Origin: Stegostoma tigrinum
Lineage: Eukaryota
Length of the DNA stretch: 64,000 nt
Assembly (NCBI RefSeq): GCF_030684315.1
Contig: NC_081378.1
Location: 49,810,851 to 49,874,850, forward strand
Direction of reading: 5' to 3'
The notes under the pieces were generated by a model, which had not been told where the DNA came from, ran no database searches, and saw nothing but the letters and a program-made list of their open reading frames with translations. A program made the position numbers and the translations under genes. Numbering within the stretch: position 1 is the first letter of the stretch; every line of letters begins with the position of its first letter. Positions 50,001-62,000 of the stretch are shown one piece after another.

Positions 50001-53000
50001 CCTGTAACTCGGCTCCTTATTTTTTTATAAACCTCAATTAAATCTTCCCTCAGCCTTCAGTTTTCCAAAGGGACCAACACCCCTGGCAATGCAACTTTTC
50101 TTCATAGCTGTAATTCTCCCACGACCTGGTAATGTCCTTGTAAATTCCCTCTGTACTCTCTTCAATGTAATCATCTCCTTCTTACAAGATGAGCAAAACT
50201 GCACACAGTATGCACACCAGAGCCTTGCTGGTGTTTATACAGTTCCAGTGTAGCCTACCTGCCTATTCCGTGTCTTAGCTAAGTATCCCATTTACCAATT
50301 CTTAACCACTTTGTATAGCTGTCCTACCTTCCGCAATTATTGCCTTTATCAGTCAAGGCATAGAGGTTAAGAGCAGTGAGGCTATGCTGGAACTGTATAA
50401 GACATTAGTTAGGCCACAGCTACAGTATTGTGCGCAGTTCCGGAATCCGCATGCGAGGAAGGATATGATAGCACTGGAGGGGGCGCAGAGGGGATTTACC
50501 AGGATGTTGCCTGGGCTGGAGACTTCCAGTTCTGAAGAGAGATTGGACAGACTGGGATTGTTTTCCTTGGAGCAGAGAAGACTGAGTAAGGCCATGATTG
50601 AGATGTATAAGATTATGAGGGACATAAACAGGGTATACAGGAAGAAACCTATCGCCTTGATAGAGAGATTAGTGACTGGGCCATAGATTTCAGGTAAGGG
50701 GCAGAAGGTTTAGGGGAAATGTGGGGAAAATATTTTTCACCCAAAGGGAGGTGGAAGTTTGGAGCTCACTGTCTGTAAGCGTGGCAAAAACTCTCACACC
50801 AGTTAAAAAGTATTTAGACATGCTCTTGTGATGCCATAAGACCAAAAGACAAAGGAGCAGAATTAGGCCAATCAGCCCATCGATCATGTCTGATATGTTT
50901 CTGAACCCTATTCACACGCCTTATCCTGCCCAAGGCATGCAAGTCTATACCAAGTGCTGGAAAATGGAATTCAAACATTTAGGTAGTTGTGTTTGACCGA
51001 TGCTGACTTGATAGGCAGAAGGACTTTCTCTTGTGCTGTAGCCCTCTAGGACTCTATGACATATGTTCCGAGGCCCTTCAGTTCCTCTGTACATCTGTGC
51101 ATGTACCTCACACTTCCCCACATTGAATGCTATTTGCCACTTTTTGCTCACCTGAACAGTTTAGTGCTATTTTTCTGCAGTTCACAGCTTCCTTCTTCTT
51201 CATCACATGATCAATTCCTGTATCATCTACAAACTTTGTAACCATAACCCCTGCATTCAAGTCTGAGTCATCATCCAAGATGAATTAGTCCAACTGCAGA
51301 AAATTCCTTTTGTAATCTACCCAATTTCAAATCTAGTCACCATCACATTGCCCAGATTAAACCAGGCAAATCAGAAATCCCGCTAAGTGCGACCATATGA
51401 GCTGCAGGACACAAGGTGCTGACATAGCTCCATTCCTTACAAATTAAACTCATAAAAAAGTGAAAACTTTGCTTTTATGTATCTTTATTTTAGGAAAAGC
51501 GACAACTAGGAGGTGACCAAAAGAGGTATTTAAATATCATGAAGAGGTTTGGCAGGATAAAGATAGTGAAGATTATTAGGGAAACTTAAAATAGCTTGCC
51601 TTAAATTTAAGACAGTCACTAAGAAAAAAGTGGTTAGAATTTGGGAATCATTGCAAATTACAGTCATGGAGTAAGTGAATAAAATAACACAAGATAACAA
51701 AGTGTGGGGCTGGATGAACACAGCAGGCCAAGCAGCATCTTAGGAGGACAAAAGCTGATGATTAGGGCCTAGACCCTTTTCTGATGAAGGGTCTAGGCCC
51801 AAAACATCAGCTTTTGTGCTCCTAAAATGCTGCTTGTCCTGCTGTGTTCATCCAGCTTCACACTTTGTTATCTTGGATTCTCCAGCATCTGCAGTTCCCA
51901 TTATCTCTGATCACAAAAATAACACAGTTGTATTTAACAAGAACTGAATAAAAGGATGAGGGAGAAAGGAATGGAAGGCTATGTTGATACCTTTAAATGA
52001 AGAGAATGGGAGGAATCTTGCATGGAACATAAAGACTATCCTAGACCACTTGGACCAAATGGACTATTTCTACATTCTACGTAAAGACACTATGGAAATG
52101 TTGTCGTTGCAATGTCTTAAGCCTGTGGTTTCATTCTGTGACCGTATTTTCATGCGAAACTTTTTTTCACTAGCTCTTTACAGTCGAAGTAACGTCAAAA
52201 TTCAACAATGTCATTCAACAAAACGCAACATGTACACTGACGAATGTTGGAAACAAGAAAGTCATTTGCACAGGCAACTTCACCACTGAATGTCCCTGCA
52301 ATGTTTCCGAGAACCACGCTCAGATCAAAGAGCAGCCAGGTACTCAGCCAACACTACTTTTAATTCCAGCTGGAGTGCTCAGGTTTTAGGAAATCCTTGA
52401 ACTGATCAAAGTTGCTGACCGTCCTGCAAAGTAGAGGCTGTTCAAGTTTGAAAATAGATAGAGGAAGGTCCTCTATTTAGCCCATTGTCAAAGCTTTCCA
52501 CTTGTTGCAACAGTATTACTGTTTAATCATTAGATTTACAGCCAATGAAATACTGAAATCCTCCTTGTTCCCGGTGTCCCCTGATTTTAAACCAGCCCAT
52601 GTGGCGGGTTCGACTGGTTAAAATTGTGGTAGGTGGCGCCCAGGGCACTTTGCTGCCCCATCACCGTTCTAACCTCCATGATTCTGACAGTGTGGAGCTG
52701 CCCATGGCAGGCAGGTGGGCACCTCATTGAAATGAGATAGTTGCAGCCCAAAGATGTTGGACACCACACTGCCATTTTAACACCCTGGGTTTGGAGGCCG
52801 CAGAAGCTGTAAATCCTCCAGTATAAGATGGTGACATTCAGCATGGAGAGAGGAGAGGGACAGGTATGGGTGGCCTAGAAGAGCAGAAAATCCCTTCCTG
52901 GCAAAAAAGATACCTTGGGGCCTTTTGATTTTCCCCGCAGGATTTCTGTCTCTTCTACTCCACTCCACAACACCTGTCCCCTCATCAACCATATTGGAGG

Positions 53001-56000
53001 GACTATTCCCTTCTGCCTATTGATTTCCCGCTGTTCTGATTTCAGAAAATTCATTGTGTAATCTAGCCGATTTCAAATCTGGTTACCACCACATTGCCCA
53101 GATCAGTAAAAAGAATTCAAAACAATCCTGACGGAGGGAAGCACAGAAATATGAATGAAGTCTGGGTTTTAAAGAGGGTTGGGCCTGAGACCCTGAAACC
53201 ATTTGACCCCATCCTGAGATAATGCAGCGCCTCACATTTTGCAAAGTGAGATGCCTTTAACAGATGCTTCTTGTGTGTTCCTTGTAGATCCAATGATTAT
53301 TGAGGTGTCTATTAAATCTGGCTCCTTGAATTTTGACAGCCAGTCCACAGTCCATAACTGCTACAAGATTGCAACGTCTCAGCAGACAAACACTCCGTAA
53401 GTGTGGCACCTCATTTAGATAAAGTGAAGCCTGTGATTTAGTCAAGGAGAAGCAGAGAAAAGTAAAATCCAAATGATTTCTGTAAAGCATTTGTACTAGT
53501 CACTAAAAGCACCTGTATCTTCTGTATTATTGAGCACTCGAGGAATTTAGGCACTGCTTCAGGCTAGGATTAAGTGCAAGATCGGAGTCTTTACAACAAG
53601 CTCCCTTCTACTAATAGGACAAGGCTAAATTGGAACTGGTCCTTTCTGTACTGGCCAATCAGGTGAGGGATGTGACCACACTGAGTGGCTACTGATACTT
53701 ATGGAAATCTATGTTCTGTCGTCAACGTAGTTGTCGCATTGATTTAATTAATCTACCCTGCATTCCTAAACATTGGGCATTGCCAGTTAATTTGCTAACT
53801 GTCCATGTTTGAGAACTGAAGCAGAATAATTAAACGAGTGATTTGCCAAAGGTACTTGTTTCAGACAGTAGTAGCTCAGTAGTAGCACTTTCACATGTTA
53901 TAATCCCAGACAAGACTGCCACGTTTTTGGTATGCTCTGGTTAGGGGCCAATAAGGTTTCGCTTAAAGTGGATGAAGTTTGAGATTCTAAGTACTTAACA
54001 AGAGAATAAAGTCACGTGGCTCCTGGATTTGATCAATCAAACAAGTTTATTATATAAAGTTAGAATATAAAAATAATTCACATTATGTGTACAACTCATA
54101 CTTGAACATTCAGGATTGACATCAGCTAAATATGAATTAACATTGAAACTGTGATCAAGATCCCTAGAGATTGAACTTTAATTGGTCAAATATGTCAAAA
54201 CAGATGCGACACAGATGTTACTGACCTTTGAGTCACTAAATCCCATTTAAACCCAAGAGAACAAGGTGTAGAGCTGGATGAACGCAGCAGGCCAAGCAGC
54301 ATCAGAGGGGCAGGAAAGCTGACGTTTCAGGCCCAGATCCTTCTTCAGAAAACTGCATCTGCAGTTCCTACTATCTCTGAAACCCATTTAAACCCAATCT
54401 CTTTTACAAAGGGTTCAAATTCTTCCATTTCAAAGATCTAACTTTGGAATGCCCTTGAAATGTTTCTGACTCAAATGCTTCAATCACTGCTCATTTAAGC
54501 TCTTCCCCAGACACCAGATTCCCCACAGCTTGTGATACAGCTACCACCCTATTTCTCCAAGCTTCAATCAATCTCAACAACTTCAAGGAAATGTTCATTT
54601 TAAGGGCTTCTCTCTGACATTCTTGGCTGCACTGAATCGTCAAAGGCTCCAGAGACTTTTCTTTTCCTAATTGCCAGGAGTCTGCTAACAGCTTCAGGCT
54701 GATTGAAGCCATTTCTTTGCTCTAATACTTTTCCAGTTTCAAACCATAGCTTACTTCTCCCAGCGAACACTCAGATAAATTTAAAACACAGAGTATTCCT
54801 AAACTCCACTAATCTCCATGACAACATAGCCTGCTCTGGGCTACTCATAATCTGAACTTTAGGCCTTACAGAATTCTTTACAGCCAATTTGGATCAAACT
54901 CCCTTGTTACTGAAAACTTTACAGATCCAGTGAATTAAGTCACCTTACTGGTTTTACTGTTCTGTCTCTTGTGATTCTATATAATAAATATGATTAGCCT
55001 TCTGAATGGTCATTTATTTTATGTCTCTGACAATCCTTAAAGCCCAGCACATTAATTATCTTAGTTTCTTAACCCCTGAAAGCAACATTACTTGAACCAC
55101 TAAGTACCTTAGACTTCAGTGTTTTGATTGCAGTTATCCAATTTTGTCCTAATTGACTTTAATTTTGTAAGTCAGGAGTTAAATTACTAAAACACACAAA
55201 TCTCTGAATAAATATTCACAAAGCACATCTGAGTCAGGCAGCTAACTCTCGCTCAGAAGCAATATACAATGTCAATGTTTCAGTTCAGTAGGCCTTTTTA
55301 GCATCCAGGCCATTGACTTGAATGTTAACTCTGTTTCTCTTCACAGAGGCTGCTTGGCTCAGTGGGTTTTCCAAGCCCTTTTTTAGTTCCCAGTCCCACT
55401 CCTGTGACTTAAGCCAGGCTGTCAATTTCAGTACAGTACTGAGGAAGTACTGCCCTGTTGGAGGCACTCAGCGGATGTGATAAATCCCATGGGGAAAATG
55501 ACCAACAGTGTACCATTTAGCTAACTAGCATGTACCATATCCATCCCATTATCAACACATCCAAAGGGATGTAAGTCTTTGGAATTTTGCAATCCAGAGA
55601 ACTGTGGATGTTCGGTCATTGAACAGATTCAAGACTGAGATTGATATCTTTTTGGCATACAAGAGAGATCAAGGTTTATGGGGATGGTAAAGTAAGTGGA
55701 ATTGATGGAAAAGATGACCAACACATGGGCCACATTGGATGAGAACTAGGCCAGGTGAAATAACTTACAACAGAACCATGGTTCAAGAGAAATATCGTCT
55801 TCTTTACTCATTGGAACCAGTTGAGGAGAATGTTGTGTGAGAGTTGTCATGCAAGATTATGCAGGAAAAACAGTGACCTGATTCCAGCCTGTTCCTTCAG
55901 ATTGGAAGTCCTTACTATGTTATATAAACCAGCTGGGACACTGGTGGTTAATGCAGGAGAGTGTCCATGTCCCAATGTTGTTATGCTGTACTTTGGTGTT

Positions 56001-59000
56001 GAAGTTGTATGCTTTCTGTGATCTGGTTCGGCAGAGGTTGCAAGGTGAATTAGATCACATGTGGAAGCTCTTGCACGGATCTACTGCAATGTAATGTTTA
56101 TTTGTAATTTGTTATCTATCTGTAATGTTTATCCTTTTAAATAAGCCTTATTTCCAACATATACTATAAATCGCTGTAAGGTAATGCAACTCCTTTTCTT
56201 TTTTATTCCTATTTTTGTATTGTTACAAAATTGGATAGATTATTCATAAATTGGCAGGCAGCAAGTCAGAATTTGTTGGTAAAAATGATCATGGGGAAAA
56301 GTGGTTCCCTTTAAGACCTTGTGCTCAGTCTGTGCTTGGAAGTTTATAAATGAAGGTGCACAGAGAGTGCCCCAATGGAAACATTTTGTATTGAGCAACC
56401 AAGCAGCACTGTTTCCAAGACAACAAGTTTGAATTTGGCCAATTAATTTAAACCAAGCATGTAGATACAGAAAGCCAAATGAATTTAAATCTGATGGTGT
56501 TGACAACCTGAAATCAATCGTATTATAAGAGTTTGATTATGTCATTATGGGTATATAAGACGTCGGCTTTTGGAAAATTGGGGAGAGCCAACTGCCATCT
56601 GAAAGAGAGAGACATCCGCCACCTCCCAGAGTTAACACCATTCAGGTCTCAGAGAAAGCCCATCTGATTAATCAAAAGTACCGTGGTGTTTTAGCTCAAT
56701 GTCATCATTGAAGAAATTATAGACATAAAACAATCCAGGTGGCAGAATTAGTAAAAGAAAGGTGTTTGTGAAGAGAACAGAGACAACAGAATATTCCAGA
56801 AAACAGTCTGTGTGAACTTGCTGAGATTAAGTTATAATTCTTTGTTCTCTTATTAATTGGATTTATTAAGTAGGACTTGCGTTTATTTGAACAGTGTTTA
56901 GATTAGATTAGATTCCCTACAGTGTAGAATCTAGTAGAATTTCGACCAGTTAGGAGGTACTTAGTAGTATAAGGGGAATTGTCAGTCTGTTAGTAATTCT
57001 GTCAATTTGTGCATTGTTGAATTAAATCAATAAATTGTTTCTTGTTACCTGTAAAGTGGAGATCCTGGATTTTCGTTCTTTTACTCATTCATTTAATAGA
57101 TTACGAGGGGAAAGACAAGCGTCTCTGGGTGTTTCGGGAGTAATTATTAGAGGTGAAACCCCTAGTCCCGTTTTAACAGATTGGGGCTAGTGTTTTAGTT
57201 GAATTATTAGAGGGGTTTGACCTTTTCACCTTCCTAACAGTATCCAAGATTCGTACCTAGGTATTTTGTACCTGAGATGATATCAACCTTTCACTGCAGT
57301 CTTGTGCTTCTGTACTTGAGTATTCGTGACAGTAAACCTAGTTCTAATTCTAACCCTAATCTCTTGGTCGCTAGATGTGAGCTGACTTCTGACACCTCAA
57401 CTCATCTTTAACCCTTCCACTGATTCCTGAGCAAATGCTGGCACAGATGGGCTGGGCCGATTGGACTCATTAATGTGGTGCTTTCATGCATCTAACTATG
57501 ATTTCCAGGCGTTAAAGTCTGTTTATTTTCTTCCTTTCCTTAACCAGATGTACTGATTGTATTAAATCTGGATGTCACTGGTGTGCAGTAGAACATCGAT
57601 GTACTTACACTTCAAGTTGCAGTAGACATACTCAAAAGGTAACCAGTCATTACTGGCTGATAGCATTGTTTTCAACCAAGAAAACTAGCCCAAAATTAAT
57701 ATGATGAACTATGTTTTGATTTCAGCTCTGCCCTCAAATTTACGAAGTGAAATTAAATCAGACTTCAGAGAATCTTGATATTGTTCTGACTCATGCGGAA
57801 GTGCTGAAAGTAAGTCTTACAGTAACTCTGATATCTATTAGCAGGACTATAATGTTTAAGAACAGTGTCCTCGCCAATATTCAACCATCAACTAACATCT
57901 CTACAGTGGGTTATCTGGTATTTATAACATTGCTGTTGTATGGGGTTTACTGTGCATTACAGCTGCCATCTTCCTCCATTATAATGGTGACTACACTTCA
58001 AAAAGTACTTCATTCTCTCAAGTGGTTTGGGATGTTTTTGGGTCACAATAGGCACTTTTCTTCAGGTTCTTCCTCCCTGAGGGATAGACAATTTCATCAG
58101 TGGTGAAATGAATTTGACAAGAAAAATCAAACCGTTGCCAGAGTTTTAGATTGAAGGGAAGTTAATGTAACCCCATGATATAAAAGGGGAAATAAAGAGA
58201 AAACAGAATTATAGACCAGTGAGACTGATGTCTTTAGTGGAAAAGATGCCCAGGGTCTCTTATCAAGGATTTTATGGTAGAGCATTTAGAAAACAAGTGG
58301 ATTTATGAGGGTGAAATGGTGCTTTACCAAGTTACTGGAATTCTTTGAGGACGTAACTACAAACTATCATGGGGAGCCAGTGTAATATTTGGACTTTAGG
58401 AAGGGCTCCTACAAAAGAGATTGATGTTTAAAATTAAAGTGCATGGGATTGAGGGGAGTGTATTGAAATAGATAGAAAATTAGTTTGCAGACTGGAAATA
58501 AAGAGTGGAAATAAATGGGTTTTTTTTCCTGAATGGTGGGCAATGACAGGGATTGGTATTAGTAGCCCAGCTATTCACAATATATGGTAATGATTTAGAT
58601 GAGGGAACTAAATGTAAAAATCTCAAAATTTGCAGATGACACCACAGTAGGTGGGAGGGTGAGCTTTGGCGAGGATCCAGAGATGTTGCAGTATGATTTA
58701 GACAGGGTGAGAGAATGGGAAAATGCATGTCAGGTGCAGCATAATGTGGAAAAATGTGAGGCTATCCACTTTGGGACAAAGAAGGAGGGTGGATTTTTTA
58801 AAATCTTTATTCATTCACAGGATGAGGGTGTCACTGGCTAGGCAGCACTTATTGCCCATCCCTGGTTGCCCAAAGTCAACCACGTTACTGTGGGTCTGGA
58901 GTCACATATAGGCCAGACCAGGTAAGGATGGCAGATTTCCTTCCCTAAAGGATATTAATGAGCCAGATGAGTTTTCTCCCCTGACAATCAGCAATGGTTT

Positions 59001-62000
59001 CATGGTCATCATTAGACTCCTAATTCCAGATATCCATTGAATTCAAACTCCACCATCTGCTGTGGTAGGATTTGAACACAGGTCCCCAGATCATTGCCTG
59101 GATCAACAGTCCAGCAATAATACCACTAGGCCATCACCTCGTTCCATTTGAATAGCTGTAACTTGAGAGAGAGGTTTGTTCAACAACACTTGAGTGTCCT
59201 CATACACCATTTGCTGAAAGTAAGTGCGGTGAAAAGGGCAAACCATGTGTTGGCCTTCAAAGTGAGATGTTTTGGGTACAGGAACCAGGATGTTTTGCTG
59301 TAATTATACAGGGCATTGATGAGAATTTGCCTGAAGTATTATGCGCAGTTTTGGTCTCCTTATGTTGGGAAGGATGTTCGTGCTGTGCAGGGAGTGCTGT
59401 GAAGGTTTGCCGAATGGATTCCTGGATTGGCAGAACTGACGTATGAGCAGAGATTGAGTCAGTTAGGACATATTCATTGAGGTTTAGAAGAATGAGAGAA
59501 GATCTTTTAGAAACCTATCAAGTTCTAACAGGACTCTACAGGCTAGAAGCAGGAAGGATATTCTGATGGTGGGGGAGTTCAGAACCAGGGGTCATAGTTC
59601 AAGGATAAGAATGAAACCTTTTAGTTCTGAGTTGAGGAGAAATTTCTTCACCCAGAGAGTGGAATTCACCACAACAGAAAGCGGTTGAGGTCAAAACATT
59701 ATGTATTTTCAATAAATCTTCCGTGGCTAATGGGACCAAAGGACAGGAGGGACAGGGGAGGATTAGGGTATGGTTTTAAATGATCAGCTATGGTCAAAAT
59801 GAATGCTGGAGCAGGCACAAGGGGCTGAATAGCCTACTCCTGCTGCTATCTTCTATGTTTCCATGTTTATTTTATGGCTTGAAACAGCAAGGTCAAGGTC
59901 AGGGTCGCCATTCATTAAAAATTAACACTTTTAGCTAGGATTGGATATTTAGTCTCTTCTTAAAGTTGTTTGTTGAAAGGGAAAAGTACTTTGAGCTAAC
60001 ATCCTGATTGCAAAATTTTTTTAGGAATATTACCGCAAGAATAATTCGTATAAATCAATTAAAGAAAGACCATCTATTGTGAACTGAGTCCTTGAACAAT
60101 CATTGAACTAGCAAAGTTGCACCTAGAAGGGCATTGGGAGCAGCTACTTGGGAAGATCACAATCTCCAAGCTCCCCTTCAACTGACCACCCATCCTAACA
60201 CGGGCACTGGTCGTTGTACCCGAGGCCAGTTTGTCAGGTGTTGGGATCTCTGACCCACTGAGGCAGCTCCTCACCCCACATGCTGCAGCAATATGGGATC
60301 ACAAGTTCAAGATTGTCAGCAAGAGAGCTTAGAGTGAGGAGTTAGGATTTGGAACATGCTGGCTGGGAGAGTGGTGGAGACAGATTTCTTGGGAGGTTTC
60401 ACAAGAGAGCTGGATATATATTTGAGAAGGATTAAGTTAGCAGGCCGAAAATAATGCTGGACAATGAGAGTAGTTCGGTAGATCCCTTGGGAGCTGGTAC
60501 AGACACATTGGATTGAATGGCCTCTTTTCGTACAAAAAAATTCCACGATTTTGTAAGAATGTCCTCAATCAACCAGGGATGGGCAAGGAATATCACTCTC
60601 AGATGTAATGCATCCAATAAATAGATAAAAGGGAATTGTCAAATTGCTCTTGGGTGCACACTAAACATTCACCATCCCCTGTGTTGTACCTAAAAGTTGT
60701 AAAGATCATCAATTCTTGACTGACTAACAAGATTGGAGCAGAACAATGTATGACTGTTTACAGATATTATAAATATGAATCAACTGATTTCCTGTTTCAA
60801 CAAGCTGGTTCCTCTTTGTGCTGTGTGCAAGGCGGAATCACGGGCTTGTAATCACAAGGTCAATAGCATGGCAGCTTTTTTTAAACTTTTTTCCTGAACA
60901 GGAAGATTGCTAAATTCTTTGAGAAATACCTCATCGCAGGTTGTGTGAAAAGAGTTCAGAGGGAGTTTCCAAGGAGCATGATGGTCTTGATCTAGATTCC
61001 TGGTCACAGACTCCTATTGCACCAATGGAGGCCATTCAGTCCATCAAGTAAACAAAAGAGCATAGAACAATCCAGGCAACCCCCTTCCCTGTCTCTAATA
61101 CATTGGACTATTTGCTGCCCCTTATATCACAATAGAAAATTACTGAATTCCCTGTTAAACTTAATTAATGTCTTGGCTGATACTGAAAAGTGTTTGGCTG
61201 ATATTCTTGGCTTCTGAAGCGACAAGAAGTGCAGTGAAGTCTGACATGCCTTCTGTGAAAGAGTTTTCAATTAACTGTGCGGTCTGTCCGTTCATGTTCT
61301 GTAGCTCAAAAAGTAACTTACACTGGGGTGATAGAATTTCTGCAAACATGCATGACCCTCACCTGCAGGTTCATGCGTAACAAATGAGTCAAAGCCCTCC
61401 AACAGCCATTCTAACAGCACTGTGGGTGCACCCATAAGGCCGTCAGATTCAAGAGCAGAAGGAGGTGATTTGGCGCATTAAATCTGTTTCACCATTCAAT
61501 GAGATCACGGCTGATCCGATAATCTTCATCTCTACTTTTCTGCCTTTTCCCCATAATCCTTGATTCCCTTTCAGCTTAAAAACCTCTCTGTTTCAGCCTT
61601 GAATATACCTAATGACCCAGCCTTGAGGGCTCCCTGAGGGAAAGAATTCCACAAATTCACAACCCTCTTAGACAATAAACCCATCCTGATCTCTGTCTTA
61701 AAAGGGTGACTCCTTATTCTGAGAGGATGTCCTTTGGTCCTAGACACTGCTGGAAGGGGAAACAATCTTTCAGCATCTACCCTGTCAAGTCCCCTAAGAA
61801 TCTTCGATTTTATATCTCAACCTTTCCCAGCACATCCAGCATGCTCAAAGTGAGGCTCTCTTGGTCCATGAGGTTAAAATCCAGTTTATAGACACGTTTA
61901 CAACCACCTTTGACCCGTCTGAGGTGACTGAGGATGTGAAAAGTGCCAGACAGCCTGCCCACTTTGGACCCATTGAGGTTCTGAAGTGACGAATGAATTC

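Noticed and set aside
57810-58106. Hydrophobic ORF extension after exon 9 as a transmembrane segment
   Set aside because: Lies after a consensus GTAAGT donor and overlaps SINE-derived sequence; exon 10 continues the domain in phase.
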